A stretch of 64,000 nucleotides of DNA from Eledone cirrhosa (taxonomy: Eukaryota). Positions 51,844-64,000 of this stretch are shown piece after piece; the stretch's first letter is position 1, and each line of letters begins with the position of its first letter. The position numbers and the translations under genes were made by a program. The DNA lies in contig OZ024740.1 of assembly GCA_964016885.1 (NCBI GenBank), forward strand, positions 175,894,001 through 175,958,000, read 5' to 3'. The notes below the pieces were generated by a model that did no database searches, had not been told where the DNA came from, and was given only the letters and a program-made list of their open reading frames with translations.

Positions 51844-53253
51844 TGTATTTATAATGGCTCTTAGCTAAATTTAAACTGTGGAAGTATTGTTTTAAATATT
51901 AAGTTCTGCTGTCGAAAAAAACAAATAATATTAATAATTATAATAAATAAATGTATCGAGAATAACAGAATGTGTTTACATCTGTGACTTTTACACACCA
52001 AATCTTATAATTTAAAACGGTAATCATACATACATTATACTTATCTTGGATTTCCTATTATTTGCTATACTATGCATACAATATCTATATTATATTATAT
52101 TATACTATTGTATCATTGATATGTTATAATATATTATATATCGCTATTATATCATATATATTATATTATATAACACTATTATATCATATATATTATTTAG
52201 ATACTAGATATATGTCCAAACAAATTTTTTTAGTTCCATCATTCATTGCGGTTTATCTTCCGCGGAGAACTTTCTCCGTTTTCTTCTACATTTCCATAAT
52301 TGAAGTGTGGTTAATAGTATAGTATTCATAAACAACATCTAGCCACTGGCTGCACTGTATTTTTTCCTAATATAATAATCAATAATTGCTAGATACTTTG
52401 AATTATATATTTTAAAATAACTACAATTTATTTTACCGAAAAATATAAATGACTTAAACAATTAGAATACAAACAAATGCTTAAGGTAATATTACGTTAC
52501 TAGAATGCAAAACAGTAAGACTGAAACTTATTTTAACGTTTAATCCTTTTGATGCGAACCCTCTTGAAACCGCCCATGGCTGCATGATATAAAACTCTTC
52601 ATTTTAAATCAACCATACTTATATTAAAATATTTCATCGTCATTTAATGTGAGAAATCTAAGTTAAATAATGCTAAAAACAACAGTATAATAATGAGTTA
52701 TTTCACTAGATACTTCAAAATGTTTGATTATATTAAAAATTAATTGAAATACAGTGGAAATATGGTAATGAAATTTTAATTATTTCAAGTGCGGCGTACA
52801 TAAATTTTAAAAATGAAATGGACTACATTATAAAATGTTGTGTACATACTACTACATGTATTCAAATGGTTGAAACAACTCCATTTGTCATTATCTATAT
52901 CTTGAAGAGTGATTGGCTCTTCCAAAGTCTCGGGAGATCCAATTAATGTTAGTAGGGTCTCCTATCCTTTCTACTATCGAAAACACTGTAATGTGTTGTT
53001 TCTTGTGAAAGAGACAGTGAAGAGGAGACAGAGAGAGTGAGAGAGCGGTAGTGAGATAGTGTGCTGACTGAAGTGTTTGAGATGGAGAGAGAGTGTGAGA
53101 GAGAGATTGTGAGAGAGAGGAGTGTGTGTGTGCGCGTGTATGTTCGTGTATGCTGAATGGAGTGTTTGAGATGGAGAAAGAGATAGATAAAGAGACATGC
53201 AGAGAGAGAGAGAGAGCGAGAGAGAGAGAGAGAGGGGGGTAGAGAGAGAGAGA

Positions 53254-53316
<63 letters not shown>

Positions 53317-54314
53317 CGATCCCAGTACTTGACTAGTACATTAATTACTATTGATCTGAAAGATGGAAGATGAAGTAGTTCTGACTTCGGCATGATTCAA
53401 GGTTATTGGGCAGAGAACCGGAATAAACACCGCAAGGCTTTCTATCCGATGCCCTAACGATTTTGCGAATTTCTAGTCTAATTTTGACAACTTTATTACT
53501 GTTGTTACTTTTATCGAATTCGTATGAATAAAATATTAAGATCGACCCCTCGAGTAGTGACATGCAAATACAGTGTGCTGTACCCTAAATTAGTATTCTT
53601 CAAAATTAATGATTTTACTAATTATAAGTATTGTGGAATTGAAAAAAGTCAAATTCTTGCTTTTACTGTTGTGATTGTCATCCCAAAATCAGAACCTTAT
53701 CACAAATATTTGCAACAGAGAGGATTCCGCTAAAAATAACACCCAGGTGTTAGGAGGTGGTGTTAAACCGAATGACATAATAATTTCACCAGTACTACTC
53801 AAGTTAACTGCTCAGAAATTTGAACTCAGAATGCAAAGAGCCGTTACAAATATCTCTCTAACTATTCCGTCAATCTACAGACATAACCTGGTACTTTATT
53901 TATCGAACACAGAGAAATTAAAAACAAAACACACCACGATGGTATTTGAACTGAATGCAATGTTCTAAACAGCCCTCTAACCATTCTGTTATTCTACTGT
54001 CATGACTGGTATTTAATTCATCAAACACAGAGACATTAAAAATATAACATGATCCGAGTATATTTTGAACTGAGTACATAGAGGTGTTGAAATAACTTAG
54101 ACGTAAAATTTTATCCTACGATCTACTATTTTAACGGAAGACAGACATAAACTGTTCATTCCTACTGCAAAAGTTGAATCTCTAATTATAATCTACGAGA
54201 TATAAGGGATTGTAACACGAACGATATTAATATACGTGTAATGGTGTATGTGGATATATATGTGCGTATGTGTGAGAGTGTGAAATTATGCGTGTATGTG
54301 TAACTGTACATGTA

Positions 54315-55329
<1,015 letters not shown>

Positions 55330-55345
55330 AATATATATATATCTT

Positions 55346-55376
<31 letters not shown>

Positions 55377-56296
55377 TATATATCTTTATATATATATATA
55401 TGTAAAATATATATCTATATATACATAAGTTAAAAGAATGAAATAAAAAATCAAGTCATTAGAGATATACTTCCCTGCTTTAGGATCGTTTCTAGATGAT
55501 GATAATACATTGTAGCTATACTCCGTTATTGATCTATGTAAGGTTAGTTACAAAATATCAGATAAAGAGAATATTTACTTACATGCATATCACCAGCTGT
55601 CTTCAAAAGCAATAATGATTTTATTCAGAATTAGTAGTATGTTTGTATCATGTCCTTATTTGGAGGCCATTGAAGAACTAACGAATCAAATTGTTTTTTT
55701 CATATGGTGTTAAGATAAAAAGTAATACACTTTAGTTGAGGTCATGAGCCTTTGAAAGGAATGGTTGAATGGTGTCAATAGTAGAATTGGCATAAAAATC
55801 TATTAGGAGGAAAGGGATTGTCAAACTGATAGTTGAATGTATCTGGTATAGTAAAGTTAAAAAGAATGTCAAAATAAATGGTGATTAGTGTTGTATTGAG
55901 TTTTTAGGTGAATATAAATTAAGGTTATGGCTAGGAAAGATAGTATATTAAAAGATGAAAATTATAATAAGATAATGAAATACAGTAATGCAGTAATATA
56001 CAACTTAACCAGCACAATATAGTACGGTGTGTTAAATTCCACTTAGTATAATACAGCATATGATACGCTCTAAAATACTATCAAGTATGTTTATGCATAA
56101 ATAATCAAACTCAGATAAATACATGTTGGCATAGTTAAAACACATAAATTTCATAGATTACAAAGTGCATATATCCACACTATATATATAGAGAGGTACA
56201 GTTATATTGATATCCAACCCAAAATATACATACGCACAAATAAATGCAAACCTAAATACACATTTACACATATAATCATATATATACCCACATATA

Positions 56297-56352
<56 letters not shown>

Positions 56353-56372
56353 GGAAAAATTTGAACAGGGAC

Positions 56373-59300
56373 AAAACAGAGAGGCAGTACAACGAATGTT
56401 TATTAATTTCACGCTCTGGAGAGTGGGGTGTTGGTGGGGGACGACATTTCGGGCATAAGCCCTTCCTCAGGTGAGAAGTGTGTGGGAACAGAGTTCAAAG
56501 GGCGTGTAGGGGAGTGGTGGAGAGACATATAGCGAAAGGAAACGGTGCGAATGAAAAAATAAAAAATAAAGATAAAAATAAAAATAAAGCATGATCAAAA
56601 TACAAGGAATGAGATAAATTTAAATATAAAGGCATAATCAAAATAAAATGAAATTAAAAGGGGGGGTAAAACAGGTGGTGGAAGGGTGTGGGGTGTGTAG
56701 GGGTGGTGGCGGGTGGAGTGGGAGAGGGAGACGGGGTGTCCGAGCGGGGAGGGCTGAAGGTGGTGTGTGTGTGTAGGTGTGCGTGTGTGTGTGTGTGTGT
56801 GTATGTGAAAGTAAGGGTTGGGGGAAGAACGGGGTTGCATGTTCAGGAAGAGGTGTGTGTGTGTGTGGGGGGGTCGGTCGGAGTGTCTGTGCGTGTGTGG
56901 ATAGAGGGGTGGGGGGGAGAGGAATCAGGAGGCTGAGGGTGTAAATATGTGGTGGAAAGCACGTGTGTGTGGGGTTTAAGCGTGTTGTGGGTGTAGGTGA
57001 CGTGTGGAGAAAAAAAATTTTTTGGGGTGTGTGTGTGGGTGAGTTATATAGGTGATTACGTAAGAGGATGGTTGAAAAGTAGGTAAATTCCGAAGATGTT
57101 TAGTGGATTCGTTGTTGGTCAATTTCTGCGTGTGGGTATTCCATGAAGCGATGGTCGGAAGAGGAGAGATGTGGGGTGCGCGCGCAACAGGAAGTGGTCA
57201 AGCAGTGGGAGTGCTGTGTGTCTGTTTGTGCTGGGAGCTGGTCAGAGGGCATAGCAGCAGTCGGTGGAATGGTAAAGGGGCGAGGATGGGTAGGTGTGAA
57301 AGGTGGAGTGAGGAGGGTGTGTGTGTATTAGTAGAGGTGTTAGTGGGATGAGTGAGTGTGGAGCGAGGGTGTGGGTGGAGCGGGGAGAGAAGGGTGTGTG
57401 TGGTTCTATGGAGGGAGTGTGGTGTACTGGTGTGTGTGTAGTTTGATGAAGAGGTGTTAGTGGGTGTTAGTATACGGGAGGTGGGGAGGGGTTGAATGCA
57501 GGTGTGTGTGGGGGTTAGTGGTGGTAGGGTGTGTAGAGTTGGTGGTGTACGAGGGTGTGTGGGTACGTGTGCGTGGGGTTGGGGGGTGTTAGTGATGTTA
57601 GTTGCGTGTGGGGTGGGTGGTGCAAGTGGGTGCGTGTGTTCGTGTGATTGGGGTTAGGGGGTGTTAGTGAGGTTAGTTGCGGGGTGGTGGGATGGAGGTG
57701 TGGGGGTGAGGGTAGTGGTGGTAGTAGGGTGTGTGTTTAGTGTGAGCGCGTGTATATATGTGCCGGTGGGTGTGTGCGTGTGATAAGGAGGGGGGAGGAG
57801 GAGAAGAGGGGAGGGATGTTAGTATGCTAGTTGGGGAAGGGTGGTCAGATGAGGGGTGGAGTGGAGGTGTTAGTATTGTTAGTTGTGGGGTGGGCGGTGA
57901 AAACGATGGGTGTGTTAGTGGTGTTAGTGGGGGATAAGTGTGGGGGGAGGGGGCGGTCGAAGGCTAAAGGAATAAGGGTGGGGAGTTCAGGCCGGGGGGA
58001 GTGTGGGTCTGTAAGATGAAGATAGTTCGTTGTTCGACCGTAAGGCGGTTGGTGGGTGTTCCGTGGCACTGGAGTAGGCCACAGACTGTGAGATGGCGTA
58101 CGGAATGTCCAGGGCCACCAAAGTGGCGGGCGATGGAGGAACTGCCCCCGAGACGAATATCCCGGAGGTGCTCCGTGAATCGGTCCGCCAGGCGACGTCC
58201 CGTCTGTCCGACATAAGTCGCGAAGTCCGTAGACTAGGTTGGAGGAGTTGCAGCGGAAGGCATGCCGGACCGAGAGAGAGTGGCCGTTGGGACCCTGGAA
58301 GGTGGTGGTGTTGGTAATGTGGGAACAGGTGTTGCAGCGGGGCCTAGAACAGGGAAAGGAACCGGGGGGGGGGAACAGAGCGTGGGTTGGGGGGTAGGGA
58401 GCTGTGGACGAGGAGGATGCGGAGATTGCGTGCGCGTTTGAAGGAGAGGAGTGGTGGGGTTGGGAAGATGTGGGAGGTGGAGGGGTCGGACTGGAGGCGT
58501 CGGAAGAGGCGGCGGATGGTGCGGTGGAGGGGTAAGGTGGAGGGGTGGTAGGTGATGGGGAAGGGGAGACGGTGGGTGGGTGTGCGGTGGCGTGGGGTGA
58601 GGGTGGTGGAGCGGGGGACAGCACGAGCGCGGGTGAGAGCGGTGTGGACGAGAGAGAGGGGGGGTAACCTCTGCGGATGAAATGGCTGACTAGGGAAAGG
58701 GCCTGGGACTCAAAGTCAGCATCTCGGCTACAGAGACAGCGGATCCTGAGAAGTTGGGAGTAGGGACTGGAGTGTTTAGTGTGGGTGGGGTGGGAAGAGG
58801 TGAAGTCGAGGTAAGAGTGGGAGTCGGTGGGTTTGAAGAAGGCGGAGGTGACGAGGGAGTGGTGGGAGGGGTCGAAGGCGACGGAGATGTCTAAGAAGTG
58901 GACGTGGGTGGTGGAGATAGAGGTGGTGAAGTGGAGGGAGGGGTGGAAGGAGCAGAAGAAGGAGAGAAAGGAGTAGAGCTGTTCTCGGGTGAGGGTCGTG
59001 GCTCCGATACAGTCGTCAATGTAACGACCGTACAGTTCGGGCGTGGGGCCGGTGTACTGGGCAAAGATTTGGGCCTCAACATGGCCAACAAAAAGGTTGG
59101 CATAGTTCGGGCCCATTCTTGTACCCATGGCTATCCCCGTGACCTGTTGGTAAAACTCACCCGAGAAGGAGAAACAATTCAGGGTGAGGACCAGCTCGGC
59201 GAGGCGAAGGAGGATGGGGGTGGAGGGAATGGGGGAGGGGCGAAGGTCGAGGTAGTGTTTGAGGGCGCGAAGGCCGTCGGCGTGGGGGATGACGGTATAG

Positions 59301-59960
59301 AGGGACTTGATGTCTAGGGTGAAGAGGAAGGGCTGTGGGCCGGGTGGGTAGGTGAAGGAGTCGAAAAGGCGCAGGGCTTGGTTGGTGTCGGAGATGTGGG
59401 AGGGGAGGGTGGTGAGAAGGGGGGCGAGGAGGGAGTCGAGAAAGGCGGAGATGAGTTCGGTGGGGTAGTTGCAAGCGGAGACGATGGGGCGGCCGAGGTT
59501 GTCGGGTTTGTGGAGTTTGGGGAGGAAGTAGATGGTGGGGGTGCGGGGGGTGCGGACGATGAGGTGGGAAGCAGTGGGGGGGGGGGGGAGGCGATAAGGT
59601 CTTTGATGGTGGAGGAGACTTGTTGTTGGTAGAGAGGGGTGGGATCGGAGGGTAGAGGGCGGTAAAAGAGGGGGTTACAGAGCTGCCTGAGGGCTTCGGC
59701 CGTGTAGAGGTCCGCGCCCCACACCACTACGGCGCCTCCCTTGTCCGCCGGTTTGATGACGATGTCATCTCGGCTACGGAGGGAGCGGAGAGCGAGGAGT
59801 TTGCCCGTGAGATATTGTACCGTTTGGAACGGTGGCGGAAGTCGAAACGATTTACTGCGCTACGGCTGGCATCGACGAAGGCGTCCAGGGTGCTAAATTG
59901 CCCTGGGGCCGGCGTCCAAGAAGATGGTCGTCGGCCCAGGGCGAGACACACAGGTGCAGT
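56373..59960 (-). mobile_element. Penelope-like element (Neptune-type), 5'-truncated, with long C/A-rich 3' region and terminal pLTR
   Basis: RT + Cys linker + GIY-YIG remnants; hammerhead-like CUGAGGA-AGGGC-UUAU-GCCC-GAAAUGUC at 56440-56474. Confidence 0.88.
57960..59960 (-). pseudogene. PLE ORF: reverse transcriptase and GIY-YIG endonuclease, frameshifted
   Basis: IKPADKGGAVVVW, LDIKSLYT, MGTRMGPNYANLF, RYIDDC, FLDI, KPTDSHSYLDFTSSHP, CSRPRCNTC, NLVY...YVGQTGRRLADRFTEH. Confidence 0.9.
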
Positions 59961-60056
59961 CCTATTTAAATTATGTTGTGGTGGTGTAGTCATATTATTT
60001 TAAAGTTTATAAATGTTGTAGTTGCTTATTTTTTGCTGATATATATATATGTATAA

Positions 60057-60397
<341 letters not shown>

Positions 60398-60401
60398 ATA
60401 T

Positions 60402-60491
<90 letters not shown>

Positions 60492-60497
60492 TATATT

Positions 60498-60566
<69 letters not shown>

Positions 60567-60569
60567 TAT

Positions 60570-61087
60570 ATTAGAATTGGAGCTCTGAAATAAAATCTAG
60601 TAAATAATCAGGAGCTGATTATGCAGAGCGGTTGTTGGTCAGGCAGAAATTAAAAATTAGAATTGGAGCTCTGAAATAGCAATAGATTTCTATAAGAATA
60701 TAACATCAATGATCTCAGTAGACAGGTGGGTAGTTGGCCTTGATAAGCTTAAACCAAAGCGAAACAAGTCTTGTCGGCTTATCTTCCCTGTTTGCTGAGG
60801 TCAAAGTAAGTGAATTCGTCACTACTTTAAAACAATAGCTTACGGTCTTCAAAATGCTTTTAATTAAGCATAAAGTGTATTGCAAAAATACATTATATAT
60901 ACATCCATATATATATATATTGCTATTTCAGAGCTCCAATACTAATTTTTAATTTCTGCCTGACCAACAACCGCTCTGCATAATCAGCTCCTGATTATTT
61001 ACTAGATTTCTATAAGAATATAACATCAATGATCTCAGTAGACAGGTGGGGTAGTTGGCCTTGATAAGCTTCAACCAAAGCGAAACA
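60570..61087. repeat. Rearranged (direct and inverted) pLTR fragments of another PLE family
   Basis: 60594-60684 inverted at ~60920-61010; 60684-60766 repeated at 61003-61087. Confidence 0.75.
60736..60779 (+). ncRNA. Type I hammerhead with covariant U3-A8 core
   Basis: GGCC UUGAUAA GCUU-AAACCA-AAGC GAAACAA-GUC-UUGUC GGCU. Confidence 0.75.
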
Positions 61088-61224
61088 TTTATTATAATGT
61101 CCGTTTACAATTGTTTCGCTAATCCATATAATATTTCTGGATCAGCTGACTATATCATAATTGATCTGGTTCAGTTGTAAATAATTAACATATTTAAAAA
61201 ACAGAGCGGCTCATCGGAACTTCA

Positions 61225-62580
61225 AAACAATTACATAGATTCTTTAAAAATAACGGTTTCTTTATCACCATTGAGCCGAACCATAAAGTAGTAAATTTCC
61301 TAGACGTCACCCTGGATCTCAACAATAACCTATATTACCCTTACCATAAACCAGGTGAAATACTCACATATATTAGCCCACACTTTAACCACCCACCGGC
61401 AGTCATCAGAGCAGTAATCAAATCTATCTCGTATAGGATCTCAATGCTATCAGCAAATGAGGAGATATTTATAAACCATGCACAATATTATAATAAGGGT
61501 CTTTCTGAATCTGGTTATGAACAATCAATTTATTACATACCTAAATGCCATAGCACAGCAATTCACCATAATAAACTTAACACTAGAACTAGAAATACCT
61601 TAGCATTAACCGCACCTATACAGGGAAGTCTAATGGTGGCAGCGGCCTGCTCCCCACTCCAAGTAGCAAACTAAAAATCAACCCTAGAATAGGAATGAGA
61701 AATGGGATGACAAATAACAAATCCCCAGGTAATAATAACCCTAGCAAATCCACTACCAAGTTCACTAGAACCCTAGAAGGAATAGACCTAGAAATATCAC
61801 CTGGCTTAACCCCCCATTCTCATCTAATCTAGCCACTAATATTCCTAAACGCTTCTTCTCTATCCTATCTAAACATTCCCCCCACCATAGATATTACAAA
61901 CTCTTTAATAAAAATAACATTAAAATCTGATTCTCCACAACACCTAACCTAGCTAGCCACATCGCATTCAGTAACCCTCATAAACTAAGACAGTATAATC
62001 CCCACACCGAGGTACCATCACCCTATCAAATACACCACGCCACTACACCAATAATTACTCTAGTAGCACACCTCCCCCATCTAATCCTTCTAGCACTGAC
62101 CTACCGCTTAGGTTAAACTACCCTACTTCCACTAACCGCAGAAGCAACTGCAACTGCGTTACCCTAATGCATGCCCATTAAATGGACACTGCCTGACACC
62201 CAACATAGTCTATAGGTGCATGGTTAAAACTGCTTCGAATACCAGCTCTTATATCGGGTCTATCTCTAACCCTTTTAAGGTACGCTATAACGCGCACTAT
62301 TTTTCCTTCCGAGACCCTAGCAACAGATGTTCGACATCGCTAGCTAGGCTCATTAAAAACCTTAAATTAAGCAACGCTTAACACTCACTAAAATGGGATA
62401 TCGTGGCTAGGGCCCAACCGTTCAATGGACGATGAAAATCTTGTGATCTCTGTATTACAGAAGCATATTACATAACTCTATCACGACCTCTACCGATTAA
62501 CGATAGAACGGAGGTAACTATTATCTGTCAACATCGAAGGGCTAATTCCTTCGCCAATAGAATATTTGACCCAAATTAGT
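61225..62580 (+). pseudogene. PLE RT C-terminus/thumb and GIY-YIG endonuclease, frameshifted
   Basis: Motifs listed for the element, read across several frames with stops. Confidence 0.83.
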
Positions 62581-62954
62581 CATCTAGCCCCATTTTTACT
62601 TGTAGCTAAGTTAAATAGCTATGACTAACTTAGATAATTACAAGTTACCTCCCCTGCATTGTCTCTCAATTAAAAAATTTAAAAATTAGCACTTAACTAT
62701 AAACTACCCACAATTTCTAATCTCTCGAGGAGTTACTCCCCCTGAAACCACCCTCTAATTAGTAAGGTAAATATGTCCTTTGGCAGCCATCTTGTTACCC
62801 ATAGGCAGATCTCACACAATTCAGCCTCAACAGATGAATACTGCTCGATTATGGCTGACAACTGATGCAACCAAGACACCATAGTGAAAAACCAATATAT
62901 GGAACATTATATTATGTAACATTCTCTCATTATTTTAATTTGTATTCCTTAGAA

Positions 62955-63074
62955 GTTCCGATGAGCAGCTCTGTTTTGTAATTATGTTAATTATTTTCAA
63001 CTGAACCAGATCAATTATGATATATAGTCATCTGATCCAGAAATATGATATGGAGTAGCGAAACAATTGTAAAC
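62955..63074 (+). ncRNA. Hammerhead-like motif with CCGAUGA core and long stem II insert; copies at 43584-43695 (+) and 61103-61220 (-)
   Basis: GUU CCGAUGA GC(A/G)GCUC...GAGUAGC GAAAC AAUU GUA AAC. Confidence 0.65.
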
Positions 63075-63284
63075 GCACATTATTATTATTAATATTATTA
63101 TTATTATTATTCTCTACATTCCTTACATCAAACTAAAATATGTTGACAATCTTTTAATAATATCTTCCTTGTGAAATTTGTGGTCTTGTTTTGCTTAACT
63201 AATGAATATTTCCAGCTCTACGCACCTAACTTCTGCATGAACCCAGCCACCTAGCTGCTTTCTCTTTAAGATTGGTTACTCTTG

Positions 63285-63348
<64 letters not shown>

Positions 63349-63382
63349 CAAGAGTAACCAATCTTAAAGATATACAGATATA

Positions 63383-63421
<39 letters not shown>

Positions 63422-63440
63422 CAAGAGTAACCAATCTTAA

Positions 63441-63506
<66 letters not shown>

Positions 63507-63616
63507 TTATATATACAGTTCAAGAGTAACCAATCTTTGTGTATAGTGGTAGCTATGGTGCTTCCGTAGGGGGTATGCCAAAATTAGCACCCAATATTCA
63601 ATAGAGTAGAGTGTAG

Positions 63617-63911
63617 ATATTATCAAGAAAACGAAAAATCAGTGATGCATCTGGACTTAGTTTATTTCGTGTTACAAATGTTTCGCAGGCATGTAGCTGG
63701 GAGTCATGGTCCTTGTATGGAGCTGGCTGATTCTACTTCTGCGGGTTCTTTCAGACACGGCTGTTATGTTCGGAGCAAATTTTATCACGTGATAGAAGTA
63801 GAATCAGCCAGATCTATACAAGAACCATGACTCGAACTACATGCCGGCGAAACTTTGTAACACGAAATAAACTAAGTCCAGATGCATCACTGATTTTTCG
63901 TTTTCTTGATA

Positions 63912-63915
<4 letters not shown>
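63617..63915. repeat. ~120-bp inverted repeat of pLTR-like ends with hammerhead 3' half
   Basis: tatcaagaaaacg...gattctacttct vs agaagtagaatc...cgttttcttgata; gcgaaac(a)tttgtaacacg in both arms. Confidence 0.65.
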
Positions 63916-63944
<29 letters not shown>

Positions 63945-64000
63945 GAGAGAGATATATATATATATTATACATATATATATATATGTGTGTGTGTGTGTGT

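Larger units (their letters stand above)
61088..63288 (+). mobile_element. Penelope-like element (Naiad-like), 5'-truncated with inverted pLTR piece at 61088-61224
   Basis: VVNFLDVTLDL, NHPP, RNITWLNPPFS, CNC.....C.....C linker, IVY...YIG...FKVRYNAH, CDLCITE; pLTR ~62940-63288. Confidence 0.85.

Noticed and set aside
57400-57960. Interstitial telomere
   Set aside because: Only scattered ggttag/gttag motifs, with no tandem (TTAGGG)n; part of the PLE 3' region.
61928-62434. In-frame TGA codons as selenocysteine in the Naiad-like ORF
   Set aside because: They fall at non-Cys positions (KI*FS, GR*KS) in a copy that also has frameshifts and a TAA stop; no SECIS was identified.

Overview
Gene-poor, repeat-saturated animal DNA. 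The dense (TA)n/(AAT)n/(CA)n tracts and the SINE/LINE mix suggest an octopus or other cephalopod genome (inference). No intact host gene was recognised. (1) 1-22.6 kb is a pile-up of non-LTR retrotransposons inside one (AAT)n microsatellite. It holds at least five head-to-tail Tx1-clade (APE) elements of three or more subfamilies, all on the minus strand and ending in (ATT)n, interleaved with R4/Dong-clade (RLE) elements in the opposite orientation ending in (TAA)n. (2) An abundant tRNA-headed SINE shares its 3' terminus with these Tx1 elements and has 17-18 bp TSDs starting ATTAT, suggesting a Tx1-driven SINE. (3) A deleted Gypsy LTR element occupies 26.9-31.5 kb. (4) 34-64 kb holds many Penelope-like element (PLE) remnants and more than ten hammerhead-ribozyme motifs, several with non-canonical cores. 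The most striking feature is a near-perfect tandem array of 465-bp highly structured units at 46.1-48.6 kb. Each unit carries a minimal type I hammerhead with an intact core, and the array has an outward-facing inverted arm, making it a candidate non-LTR retrozyme producing a 465-nt circular RNA. All calls come from reading the sequence by eye; no alignment, folding or database search was run.
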